Of a stretch of DNA of 64,000 bases, positions 25,669 to 38,777 are shown piece by piece. The notes beneath the pieces are model-generated. The model had not been told where the DNA came from and searched no databases. It was given only the letters and a program-made list of their open reading frames with translations. Location of the stretch: assembly GCA_951406725.2 (NCBI GenBank), contig OX597815.1, positions 126,170,001 to 126,234,000 of the forward strand, in the 5' to 3' direction. This stretch comes from Octopus vulgaris. Taxonomy: Eukaryota. How positions within the stretch are numbered: position 1 is the stretch's first letter; the number at the start of each line of letters is the position of its first letter. Made by a program: the position numbers and the translations under genes.

Positions 25669-26493
25669 TGTATGTATGTATGTATATTGACAAACACACA
25701 CTCACATATATATATATATATATATTCACCGTGTAAGTACATAGATAATATGTATGTGTTATGTAAATATGTATGCATGTATGTATGAATGTAGGTGGGT
25801 ACGTATGTATGTACCTGCCTATGCTCGTATAAACAGGAAAGAGCTTTTCTGTTAAGCATATAATCAGAACCATGATTTCACTCTGTTATATTTTCAGCTT
25901 GCCAGGTTTTTTATGTTGCTGTCATTGACCACTATTATTACTATCTTTTGCAGATCCATGATAGCGCTGTTTCAAATTTCCATGAACATATTATCATCTA
26001 AAGAAGCCATTTTCTACAGTTTGGTATTGGCTAATGTTAAAAATAATATATATGGTGAAGTGTAGAAATGCGTTAATACCGCAATTTTAAAGCATTTATC
26101 ATCTGTTTTCTTTTAATGTTGACGGTAACGATGCTTTAGAATGTCAATACTGGCGTATTCAATAAGCGTTATTACATTATTAAGAAATCTTATAGACACT
26201 TACAACGAACAGTAGTGAAGGCTGCAAGGATTTTTCTGCAATATGCATTACGTTCTTTTACCACTCCACACCCAGCTTAATAAAAGTTGGGATAGTGAGT
26301 CCAATGTAGCATTTATCTTCATAAATGAGATGTTTCTATTGAAAGTAGCGTACCACATTAATCGTTTATAGTGTGTGTGTGTGCATTTTTTGCTATATAA
26401 CCCCAGATCAGTCCTGATCCAGCATATATATTATCAAATATAAATGAGGTATGCCGGCCGTGATCGCGCTTGTTTTTCAGATATAGTATTTCT

Positions 26494-27627
26494 TCTTTGT
26501 GCCTTTAACCCTCCAACGCGGAGTATAGGCCACTTATAGTTGAATTCCATGTCGCATAATTTTTAGCTTCTGTACTTATACACTGCCATGAATGTCCCCC
26601 TTTCTCTAGTTCCTTTTGTGTTGATCTCCGCCACGAGTACTTAGGCCTACCTCTCCTATATCCATCCGGTTTTCACTGTAAAGCACTTTTCGCTACAGTT
26701 GGTATGTCTTTTCTAATTGTGCTACCAATCCATTTCCACTTTTTCTTAAATATCCGCTCTCTAATCGAAACTTCATTTGTTCTCTGCCATAGCGCCATAT
26801 TGCCTGTGTTCGGGCCATCTAATTTTATGTATACTACGCAAGCATTTGGTGATGAATGATTGTATTTGCTTATTTGACTTAACTGTTGTTCGCCATGTCT
26901 CAGCCCCATACAATAACACCGCTTTTACGTTAGTGTTAAAAATTATTATTTTGTTCTTTATTGAAATTACACTTACGCTCTATACTTTCTTTAAAAGGTG
27001 AAAAGCGGTCCTTGCCTTACTTATTCTCGTCTTAATATCTTCGTCGGTGCCGCCTGAAAACGTTATCTTAAAACCTAAATACATAAACTCGGCTACATCC
27101 TCTAGTTCACCAGTTTCTAGTTTATTACGTTCGCTGTTTTCTTCATTAATGCGCATAATTTTTGATTTGTCGCGGTTGACTTTCAATCCTAGTTTGGCAG
27201 GTTTGCTTCTAATTTTGACGCAGAGTGGAATGCACCGCTTTATATTAACTTTATTGATTTCGAAAAAGCATTTGATAGTGTAGATAGGGAAGGCTTATGG
27301 AAAATTATGCAGCACTAAGGCATACCAGACAAGTATATATCTATAATAAGAGCAACTTTCCAAGGAATGTCATGCCGAGACTTGCATGAAAACGGAGCTA
27401 CGGATAAATTCAAAGTAAAAACAGGTGTTCGACAGGGCTGTATACTTTCTCCCTTTTTATTTCTACTAGTTATAGAATGGATTATGAATGAAACTATGAT
27501 TGAAAGCCAAACAGGCATTGAATGGACGGATGCGGAAGCTCTAAAAGATCTCGACATTGCAGATGATATAGCGCTACTTTCACAAACATATTGCTAAATG
27601 CAAAATAAAACGTCAAAATTAGAAGCA
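26494..27627 (-). mobile_element. RTE-clade LINE with 5' inversion (twin-priming structure)
   Basis: 26494-27220 on minus (LKVNRDKSKIM..FMYLG..DIKTRISKARTAF), 27221-27628 on plus (FIDFEKAFDSV..GVRQGCILSP..DIADD); TSD atagtatttct at 26483-26493 and 27628-27638. Confidence 0.9.
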
Positions 27628-27966
27628 ATAGTATTTCTAGAATTACATTATTTTATGTGACCTTCTTTTGTAAGTCTATTGGATACGCTTTAAGATACAT
27701 TTCAACAGCTATTTCTTGCATGGAAAATGTGTTTCTAAAAGTGCATTCCACATACTCAATATGAATATAATATCCAGACAATATTAACATAATATTAAGG
27801 CAGAATCATTGCGGCTGCCTCTTTTAATTACAGGTTCAGCCATCCTATAAGCTTCCGTACTGTTTCCAACTACCAATTTTATTCACAAGGAAGGGGTCAA
27901 CTGAATGTGCCAAAGACAGTTATACCGCACAACGGAGTCAAAACTTGGCCCACGTGATTCTATAGT

Positions 27967-28125
27967 GAAGGCGCATGGCTTAGTGAGTGGCTAGAACGTC
28001 GAGCTTACGATCGTGAGGTTGTGAGTTCGATTCCCAGACAGGGCTGCGTGTTGTGTTCTTGAACGAAACAATTGATTTCACGTTGCTTCAGTTCACTCAG
28101 CTGTAGAACTGAGTCTCGACGTCAG
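27967..28125 (+). mobile_element. Family C SINE 5' part
   Basis: Close match to 18510-18660. Confidence 0.8.
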
Positions 28126-28171
28126 CCATGCGACTGCAGTCATGCTGAAACGAATAAAAGATTATACTCTC

Positions 28172-28555
28172 TTTCTCTTTTACTCTTTTACTTGTTTCAG
28201 TCATTTGACTGCGGCCATGCTGGAGCACCGCCTTAAATCGAGCAACTCGACCCTGGGACTTATTCTTTTTGTAAGCCCAGTACTTATTCTATCGGTCTCT
28301 TTTGCCGAACCGCTAAGAAACGGGGACATAAACATACTAGTATCGGTGGTTAAGCAATGCGAGGGAGACAATCACAGACACATAAACACACACACGCATA
28401 TATATATACATATATACGACGGGCTTCTTTCAGTTTCCGTCTACCAAATCCACTCACAAGGCTTTGGTCGGCCCGAGGCTATAGCAGAAGACACTTGCCC
28501 AAGGTGCCACGCAGTGGGACTGAACCCGGAACCATGTGGCTGGTAAACAAGCTAC
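28172..28555 (-). mobile_element. Family B SINE, head truncated
   Basis: Matches 19128-19570; stops at ggtaaacaagctac. Confidence 0.85.
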
Positions 28556-28616
28556 ATAAATTTGATTTAAAATTGTTATATTGAATTTTTCCCTGTAAAT
28601 TTTGGAATTATATTCC

Positions 28617-28728
<112 letters not shown>

Positions 28729-28735
28729 TACATAC

Positions 28736-28770
<35 letters not shown>

Positions 28771-28825
28771 TATTAGTTATTAATTATTAATAATAATAAT
28801 AGTTATAATTATTAATAATAATAAT

Positions 28826-30111
28826 AAAGAATATTATAGACGAGTTAGATCAATACTAAAAACAGAGCTCAATGCTAAAAACAAGATAATAAGTATCAAC
28901 ACTTTAGCTGTCCCAGTTATAAGTTACAGCTACAATATCCTTAACTGGACACGAAATGAACTGTCCAAAATAGATAGGAAAACAAGAAAAATACTGACAG
29001 GATCTAGGATGCATCACCCAAAATCTGACATAGAAAGACTATATATACAACGTATAGAAGGTGGTAGAGGCCTTATACAGCTGGAAAACTACTATAAAAT
29101 AACCACCATAGGACTGCAAAAATACCTACTTCAGAAGGAAGGAAAACTGATCCAGATAGCAGCAAAACACGAGCAAAACAAAAAACTGTTCTCAGTATTT
29201 AAGGAAGCTGACAAATACAAACAAGAAATCATACCACCTAATAAACACAAAGAAGAAGAAGAAGATGATCAAGAAACAACAAAAGCTATAAAACAAATGA
29301 AATCCAAACTAAAAATAGAACAGCAACGAGCCATGATAAAACGATGGCAAGAAAAGCCCCTTCATGGTAAATACTGCACTAAACTAAACGCAAAAGAAAT
29401 AGACAAAGAAAAATCCCAGCAATGGTTGAGAAGCTCAGGACTCAAAGCAGAAACAGAGGGATTTTTAATTGCAGCACAAGACCAAAGCCTCCCCACCAGA
29501 AATTACCAAAAACATGTAATGAAAAGAAATATTACAAGTAACTGCAGAATATGTGGAGATGGACAAGAAACAATAAATCATATTATCTCTAGCTGCCCAG
29601 TCTTGGCTAAGAAGGAATATATTCACAGACATGACAGAGTTGGAACCTACATACATTGGAAGCTATGCCAACATTATGGAATAACAACAGAAAAAAGATG
29701 GTATAGGCACACACCAGAAAAGGTCACAGAAAACGAGAAAGCAACCATACTCTGGGATATGCCGATACACACAGATAGAGAAATTAAGGCCAACAGACCA
29801 GATATAGTTGTCAGAGATCATGAAGAAAAAAATGCTTTCTAATTGATGTATCAATACCGGCAGATGACAACGTGTCTCTAAAAGAAATGGAGAAACTCTC
29901 AAAATACAAAGACCTGGAAATAGAGGTAACTAGAATGTGGAACCTGAAAACAGAAACAATTCCTATCATAGTAGGTGCATTAGGCATGATAAAAAAATAT
30001 TCAGACAAATACATAACAAAAACACCAGGACTTACAAACACATATAACATACAGAAAATTGCACTACTAGACACTGCACACATCCTACGCAGAACACTTT
30101 CCATACAATAA
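28826..30111 (+). pseudogene. Dong/R4 ORF C-terminus: RT thumb, CCHC, restriction-like endonuclease (frameshift near 29830)
   Basis: ORFs 29009-29842 and 29872-30111. Confidence 0.88.
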
Positions 30112-30205
30112 CCATCAGAGCATCACAACAAATCACAGCACATACCCAAGGCACACAGAGCTGCGCTCGGTAGTGAAGTGAAAGCACGCTATAAAAATAA
30201 AACTA

Positions 30206-30210
<5 letters not shown>
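28826..30210 (+). mobile_element. R4/Dong-clade non-LTR retrotransposon (RLE type), 5'-truncated, in (TAA)n
   Basis: KEYYRRVRSILKTELN, HPKSDIERLY..GGRGL, WLRSSGLKAETEGFLIAAQDQ, CRICG..ETINHIISSC, RHD, RPDIV..IDVSIP..KLSKY; TAA arrays on both sides. Confidence 0.92.
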
Positions 30211-30285
<75 letters not shown>

Positions 30286-31038
30286 TGATAATAATAAAAA
30301 TAGGGAATATAATTCCAAAATTTACAGGGAAAAATTCAATGTAACAATTTTAAATCAAATTTCACAATAGTAAATAGTAGTAAATACTACTATTTACTAC
30401 TTATTTTATAGTAAATATTATATATATATATATATATATATATTATATGGGCGACTAATTCGAAATTTTACAACCTAAAGACAGAAATATATACGTCACT
30501 AAAGATTAGTGCACCTAGTCACTTTAGCGACTAGGGGCAAAATATTTCATAAGCTCTGTTGTGACTCACCAGGCTAACAATATTATTTAGATCAGTGAAG
30601 GACATCCAGGTATTCTTATGGCAGTGTCCAAGGTTATGGTTCATCACAATTCTATATTTTAAATCCGTGGGTGGGCTCCAGACAAACTGGTTTTCATAAG
30701 AAACAAGTTTAAAATAATGGTCATTACATATTTTCCCTTTATAACAGCAATTTTGACTTACAACTGTTTCTGTGAGTGTTTCTGATTATCTTTTATCTTT
30801 TAATGTTTACATGTTTCAGTCATTGGACAGCGGCCAGGGTGGGTTTAGCTGAACATATCTATCTCAGGACTTATCTTCAAAAGTTTATTTTTCTTATAGG
30901 GTCTCTTTTTTCAGAATGTTATGATTGTTAGTGAGGTGGGTTTAACTAGATTTCCCCTCCCCTTCTAGATATAATGAACCACAATAATTTTCATTGACGA
31001 AGAATATTCCTCCACTATTACATACGTTTAACCTACCT

Positions 31039-31126
31039 CTCTCCGACGACGGGATACTCAGCCTATAGAATCCTCGCTTGACACGATGTTTCAGTAACTG
31101 GGATATTCTAGAAACAGCTGTTAAAG
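31039..31126 (+). ncRNA. Degenerate Penelope-type hammerhead motif
   Basis: CCGACGA (variant of CTGACGA), long stem II gggatac..gatattct, GAAAC-AGCT-GT. Confidence 0.35.
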
Positions 31127-33318
31127 ACTATCTGAACCATTTTCTATATAGCTAAAGTAAATGTCCTTGTCAAGTCTTGCCAAACATGTCAAGTCTTTTC
31201 TGCTTTAATCTCTCTACCTATCTAGCTAGCTATCAATCTATCTATATTTCTATCAATTAATCTATCTATCTCTCTTCCTCACTCTCTCAATTTTCTCTGT
31301 ATATATGTGTGTCTGTATGTGTGTAAGTGTGTGTGTTGGCGCTCACGCGTGTTTGTATAACACTTGCAGATTTTATGTCACAGAAACTATTTATTTTTGC
31401 AGTCCATGTAGAGAAATTGGCTGTCACTTCATCTCACTGGCTTTCCTTTTTCGGCGTGTATTAATTATTTTTCGCAGCATACATGTAAGCAAACTTTCCT
31501 TGACGAATTCATTTCCCGTTTCAAATATAAAATCATAATTCTTATTCTTTCGTTAGTTCATCAATATTCTTGTCTTAATTAATTTTTGCATTCTTTTTAC
31601 AGTAATCTTTTCATCATCAATGCAGTTTTCTGTTCCTGCTCCGTGTTTGCTTTTACAATGACCTTTCTTTTGTATAAACCTAACCGATAATAGCCAAAGT
31701 TGCATTTCAGCCACGTTTTCAATATTCGTCTCATTTTGCACTTCAATTTCATTGCTTTCTCTTCTTAAAAACATGATCTCATTATAATAAAATTATGAAC
31801 ATTTAACCCATCGATTTAGGTAAATATACTCTCCATGCTTCATTCTTTGTTCCCCACGTTTTTTTCTCATTAATTCCTAGCTCCAGTAGAACTATCGTCT
31901 ACACGCTCCCATTATATCACTTTGATTTGTTTCAATACATTCAATTACCTCAAAATTCATCCTTATAAATTCGTATAGTTTTCATTCGATAAGCAATATA
32001 TTTCCTTATTTCAACATTGAAATTTATCACTTCTGAGGAAGTCTTCCAATAGTTGATTAATATGCTGGATAAAACATGTATGTCGTTCTGAAATCATTCT
32101 GTACTGGCTATCACAAAGACACACCATAAACAGTAGTCGCTCAGCAAACCAGAAATTACAGGTAAATGTACATCAGATCACACTCTATACGTTGAAGTTA
32201 AAGTTGTTGTAGATCTATAAAATTCTAGTCAAGAGAATCTAATAATTTTTTTACAGCTAGAACACTTTAATTAAAGTAGATGCGCAAAGACAGGCGGATA
32301 GTTGTATATATAACGAATGAAAAACAATTCAGTGAAGTAGAAAAATGAAAGAAACTATTTTTTTCGTCAGTTTCAACGTATGAGGGTCCAATAGCCAGCT
32401 CTTAGATGATCCATTTTGATTACTTACTTCAAGTGGTGAAGGCTTGTGTAGGATCAGACACACGTTTCGGAAATGCAGACATCAAAATGAATGATAAATG
32501 GTTTATTTACTAATGCGCGAAAATCTTTGTCAAGCTGTAACAGATTAATTAGATGTGCTCTGATCAGCGTTGGATGAAATATAGCTTGCTACTCTAATAT
32601 TAGAGCAACAGGCTATGAGTGGACATGATGAAACGCAACGCCGTACAAATGCAAGCGTCTACGGTCCAATGAGGTCGTTCATGTCCTAGTGCTGTGTTTA
32701 TATCCATATTGTCAATAAGAAGAATTTCTTCTCTCAACACAATTTGCACAGTGTATTAGCGTAGTGTTTTACCATGTATGGAATGTACATGAGCATGTTA
32801 AATATGACTGTATATTATGATAAATACATACATGCATACATACATACATACATGCATACATATATATCTACATATATACATACATATATACATAGATGCA
32901 TAAAAAATACATGCATGCATCCATGCATATATACGTACATACATGCATGCATACAGACATACATACATGCATACATACATCTGCATCTGCCCACAACAAC
33001 TGAAACATTGATTAAGCAATCTATAAAATGAAACGGAAAGGAATTGAAAATTTACAACTACATAAGCTGTCGTTGCTATTATTGGGTTATTGTATGTCTG
33101 CCCTAGGTGACAAGAACTATGACCAAAGACATTCTAACCATGACAATCCAATTTGTATTTATGGGAAAATGTCTCTAACATACAGGTGCAGCGACAGATA
33201 GCAAATATATTAATCAATAGACGTATAAAGAGAGAGACAAACCTGTGCGATATAGTGTGAGAAATAAAATGAAGTTTTGGAGTTGCATATACACACAAAA
33301 GCACATGTTCACACACAC

Positions 33319-33397
<79 letters not shown>

Positions 33398-33974
33398 CTG
33401 ATAGATGCACACATTTACATACATTCACATGTAAACATACATGTATGCATAAAACATACACACATATAGGTATTTTGTATGTGTATATGTATTCATGTAT
33501 GTTTGTATGTGTGTGTGTATATGTATGCGAGTTTGTGTGTTCGTTTGTGCAAGCATACATATATGTAACTATGCTTGTAATATATTTATGTGTATGTATA
33601 TGTGTACATATCTACATGCTAATATGCATTTATATTTATGCGTATTTATGTATTTATATGTGAGCGCTTATGCCTATATGTTTATGCAATTGGTAACCAT
33701 AAAAATATTCTCTATTATTTATTTCTCTGCTTAACAGACATATATTGTTAGTTATTGCATTAGTATGTGCATGTAAAACAATCACATTTCCTCATATATA
33801 AAAAGGACCTACGACTTTTATGTTAGTTTGATAAGTGCAGCAAAGAAAACCTCGAATTTAAATCATTTACGCAGCTCTGCAGCTAAATAAGAAAAATATA
33901 CATTTGCACATGAAGTTCAGTTTCTCGTATCAGTACCTCCAACCCTATCTATATGTAGGTGGGGAGCATGGAGA

Positions 33975-34128
33975 CCTCACTAGTGCTAGTGGCGTGATAA
34001 AAGCACCAAGTACACTCCGTGAAGTGGTTAGCAAACCACGCCAAAATAGACCCTGGAGCACTGTGCTGTCCTTGGATCCATTGGATCCTATTAAGCCGTC
34101 CAATCCTTGTCAGAGTGGAATAGGATGA
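33975..34128 (+). mobile_element. Degraded SINE 3' fragment
   Basis: gtgctagtggcgtgataaaagcacc..ccgtccaatcc..gatgat tail. Confidence 0.4.
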
Positions 34129-34150
34129 TAATTCCCCCCCCCACATATTG

Positions 34151-35769
34151 CAGTTGCGGCCAAAATGTTCAGAACGGCATTGTTTTCGCCACAAAAGTAG
34201 GTATAAGTTTTTATCAAAGTTGTTTTATATTCTATAATTTTCACAGACAATAAATACAATATTACTTGTTATTGTCTGAGATTTTGGTGTAATTTGAGAG
34301 GATAATGCAAAAGTTATGGATGATTTAGTGATTTACTGCAAAACCCATGGCGGCCAAAATGATCAGAACGGTTGAAAAAATAACAAAATAATCAAAAATG
34401 ATAGAGAATACTGGAATTATGTAATATTTAGTGTGAAGCCCTTTAGCTTCAAACACACTTTGACATCTTCGACTGCATGAGGAAATTAAATTTTCAATTT
34501 CTTGCTAAGTGATCTTATTCCATTCTTCCTGAAGGGCATTCCATAATTGCTCGGTTGTTTTAGAATTTCTGGCTTTCGAACGTTCTCCTAGAATATTCCA
34601 CACATTTTCAATAGGATTGAGATCTGGGATTTGAGCAGGCCAATCCATAATAATAACCTTGAGAAAGTTCATGACCACCTTAGCCTTGTGACATGGGGCA
34701 TTGTCCTGCATGAATATGGGTGGTCGCTTAGTTGAATTTCTCAGCACAGGCAAGACATGATCTTTTACAAGTTGTTTATAAACTCCTGCATTTACCTTTC
34801 CATATAATCGCACCAAAGGGCCCACAACATCTCCAGATATCATCCCCCAAACCATGACACTTCCTCTACCGAATTTAACACTAGTTTTAAGGCATTTAGG
34901 CGACAATTTTTCACCTACTTTTCAACGAACGTACCTTCTCCTATCTGAGCCAAATAACATAAACTTAGATTCATCACTGAAATGCACCGTTTGCCATTTT
35001 TCTTGAGACCACAATACATGTTCGGTTGCAAAGCTAAGACGACACTTTTTATTTTTGGGGCTGATCAGTGGCTTCACTGCTGGTGATCTTGCTTGTAGGT
35101 TATGTTCAACTAAACGATGAGACAAGTTTTTCGAGATAACGTTTTCTTCAGTACAATGCTCATTTCCCGAGAAACAGCAGCAGCAGTTTTAAATCTGTCC
35201 TTTTTAACCAACTTTACCATAGCACGATCTTCTCTCTTGGTCGTTTTTCTTGGCCTATCTGTAGACTTTCTTGCTTCACACGAACCACAAACATCAAAGA
35301 CCTTAAGAATACCGTGAACAACACTTTTTGACTTGTTAACAATCTTTGCAATAGACCCAATACTTAAATTATCCTTCTTTCGAAGCTTAATAATCTGCTG
35401 ACGAATTGATAACGGAGTAAGTGGCATTATATTAACAAAGTACACTGCAGATATTCTTACTAATGTTTAGTAAACGAACCGTCACGTAAACAAATTCAAA
35501 ACATTAGAGTTCGCCGGTTAAATATACTAAAACATGGAGTAAAAGCAACCGTTCTGATCATTTTGGCCGCCATGGGTTTTGCAGTAAATCACTAAATCAT
35601 CCATAACTTTTGTATTATCCTCTCAAATTACACCAACATCTCAGACAATAACAATTAATATTGTATGTATTGTCTGTGAAAATTATAAAATATAAAACAA
35701 CTTTGATAAAAACTTATACTTACTTTTGTGGCGAAAACAATGCCGTTCTAAACATTTTGGCCGCAACTG
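34151..35769 (-). mobile_element. Full-length Tc1-like DNA transposon, IR/DR type
   Basis: 224-bp TIRs 34151-34374 and 35546-35769 starting CAGTTGCGGCC, internal DR gcggccaaaatg(t/a)tcagaacgg, TA on the right flank (TG on the left). Confidence 0.95.
34425..35427 (-). pseudogene. Tc1 transposase (DD34E family), disrupted
   Basis: HTH region, DRPRKTT, FSDESKF, SVMVWG, FMQDNAPCH, WPAQIPDLNPIENVW; frameshift at about 35120, stops at 34922 and 34505. Confidence 0.92.
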
Positions 35770-36100
35770 TAAATATATATATATATATATCTATATATAT
35801 ATATATATATACGCACACACATACTATATATAAATATATATTTATATATATAGGTTTGTTTTTATGTTCAGTTCTAATAAAAACAATTTTACATTAATCT
35901 AATGGATTACTCAATACTTTTGTAGAGTACAAATCTATTATTTTAATACAAGCTAAGCCAGCGTTGGACGATAGAAGGACAAATCCGTATTTACCTTTGT
36001 AAGTACGTGTATGTCAGCATATATTGTCGGTTCATATTCCCGACTGTACCTTGGTGATTTTACTATTCAAATACCTGATTCTTTCGAATCCTGAAAATTG

Positions 36101-36104
<4 letters not shown>

Positions 36105-36190
<86 letters not shown>
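36105..36190. repeat. (TA)n microsatellite
   Basis: Direct reading. Confidence 0.95.
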
Positions 36191-36194
<4 letters not shown>

Positions 36195-36344
36195 AAGAAG
36201 GTGAATGAATTATCCTAGTATGGATAATTCGGTTAACCGATACATGGGTAGCAAATTCACGTCAGAAAACACGGTTGAAGCTATATGCCAAGGGCAGGGA
36301 TCCCGTGTTCTCGTGTGTAAATTTGTGTTTTTTTTTAACTATGA

Positions 36345-36440
36345 ATAAATGAAAGAATGGAGTCGAACGACGATTTTAACAAAATTCCTTTACTCAGGAA
36401 TTTTGTTAAAATCGTCGTTCGACTCCATTCTTTCATTTAT
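36345..36440. repeat. Perfect 45-bp inverted repeat with 6-nt loop
   Basis: ataaatgaaagaatggagtcgaacgacgattttaacaaaattcct-ttactc-exact reverse complement. Confidence 0.97.
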
Positions 36441-37599
36441 ATATATATATAGCACCTACACTTTTAATATATATGATTCTGCCATTACTAGCTTTTCATA
36501 GCTTCTGTTTGTCAAATGTATTTCGCTCACAGATATAGAAAAATTAACAGCCTCCATTCAACCGAGCTATCAACTACGAACAGAAATTGTTAACTTCATT
36601 CCATTAGCCAACTATAAATATTTGCTCCAGAAACTTAACTTACTTAACAAAGTCACCTCTACTCACTCCTCTTGACCAATCAACAAACCTCAGCAAATTC
36701 TCGGTCACTGATTCACTTGAGTCTACCAGAGATTAAAAATGGAAATTACTCAGCAGCAACACAGCGCTCGCTTTGCTTGCTGCTGTTTCTTAGCCTGTGT
36801 TATTTTAACAAGCGTTTGCGCGCACATGCATACACACACTTACTTCCACATTCACATACACACACATACACACTCACATACACACTCACATACACACACA
36901 CATTCGCTTTCTCTTTTTCTCTCTCCTTTTGTCTCTTCCTCTCCCTCTGTCTTGTCTATCTCTCCGTCTCTCTTTCCATCCCTCCGCCCCCCCTCTCCCT
37001 ATCTCTCTTGCCTAATCAATTTAGAACACTCTTTCTTTCAGTCGGATACTATCTGTAGGGTAACACAAAACACAAAAATAACCACATTATATATTCTGAA
37101 TTGAACAGTTGTTCTCTATCATTTTATCAAAAGATAATTTTCTTCCGTTTTCTCTATATATTCTATTGGACCGTCGTGTCCAGCATAATCTTTTTTTAAC
37201 AAACAAACAAAACAAAGTTACTGATTTACAATGTTGACAATTATTTTCAATTCTTTGAAACATCTCTTAATTATGTTTATTGTTAAAATATATTTAACAA
37301 TTCTTGTATGTATTTCTGCTGTCATTTCTTCTTTCATTCATTTTTCATTGCATGATATCTCTGTCATTCATCTTTCGTTCTTTTTTTTCTTTCTTTCTTC
37401 CTTCCTTTTTTTTTTCATTTATTTACTTATTTTTCTATTTGCCATCATTTCAGATTTCTCACCTTTTCTTAACTCAGATATAGTTTACATAAGGTTTGAT
37501 TATTCATTTTGGCAGGACTGAAACGAATACAAATAAATATGAAAAATAGAGCAATCTAGATCGTAGATTCATCTTTTGGGTCGAAACATCCAAGTGAAG

Positions 37600-37770
37600 G
37601 AAGTCACTCGGCTTGCTAGAAATAGCAGCCAAATTTCATTCAAAGTGCACCCTACCAAAGAGTGCACATTAGATATCGCAGACCAAGATGCCCATGAAAA
37701 GAAAAGATGGCAAGGGTGGAATGTCCTTGATCATATTCTTACTCGATCAGGGTTGACATGGAAGTTGAGT
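37600..37770 (+). mobile_element. Dispersed short repeat family E (copies also near 26395, 32135, 38480, 55225, 60365, 63105)
   Basis: Shared gctagaaatagcagccaaat..ccttgatcata..ctcgatcaggg motifs. Confidence 0.5.
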
Positions 37771-38639
37771 TGCTTAACCCTCAGTAAATCAACACAGATC
37801 CGTGCCTGTTGACTCATATCACTAATTGCATGAGACAAGCTTAGTATGAAGAAATATTTCCAATAATTTCGTTGCGTTCACGATTTGAAGGATAAAAAAT
37901 TCAAGAGTGTGATTGACGATCTGAGAATGCGGGCTACTGGCGCAATGTTAATATCTCCTTGAACTTAATGCTTATGATTTAATCCCAGCTGTAGCCTTCA
38001 GATGAGTTGAAGAAAATTCGTATAATGATCTAAAGATAATGTTTACTATTCAAAACCATCTATGTCTTGCTTACAGTAAAGCGTGCTTCTAGTGAAACAA
38101 TCTCTGTTTATTTTAAATTTTAGTTTGGCTTTCTGTGTCGAGTCTCTTGATAACGCCTGTTTCATGTAGTGAACCCAAGAACATTTGTTTAATAAGAGCG
38201 ACGGTTATTCACAATGCTATCAGTGCTTGTAACATTAAGCGGGTATGCAATAATTCCACTCTCTGAGCTGAGGTCAGTTGCGGATATTTTGCATTAATGC
38301 AAGCTATCAACACACTCAATTTTCCAGAGCTGAATTATTTCATTCTCATTGTTTACATAGCGGATGTAATGTCGGTGATGGGATATGAACTACTAACTTA
38401 TTGATTCTGCGATAGCTTGGTCAATGTGAATAAGCCATCTCCTGTTTCGCACTAGGAAAAATCGAATGTCACATTGTTATTATTGTTTAGCCCCAAAATC
38501 TATCCTGTCGAGATGACTGAATTATGAGCGAAGGTGTTCCAGCGGCGGCCATTCTTTCTTTTTTTCAAACATAATACACTTAGAAATAAATTATTCAATA
38601 TGTTTTTTGCGTATGGCAGGGTCATAATGTATAATGGAA

Positions 38640-38777
38640 AAGTGAACTTCAAATTCCACCGATATCATCCTTTCTGGTTTGACAAAATAAGTACCTGGGA
38701 TCGATAAAATAAGTACTGGGGTCGATGTAATCGACTTGCACCGAAATTGTTGGCCTTGTGCTAAAATTTGAAACCAT
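38640..38777 (+). mobile_element. Family A SINE fragment
   Basis: gataaaataagtactggggtcgatgtaatcgac. Confidence 0.65.
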
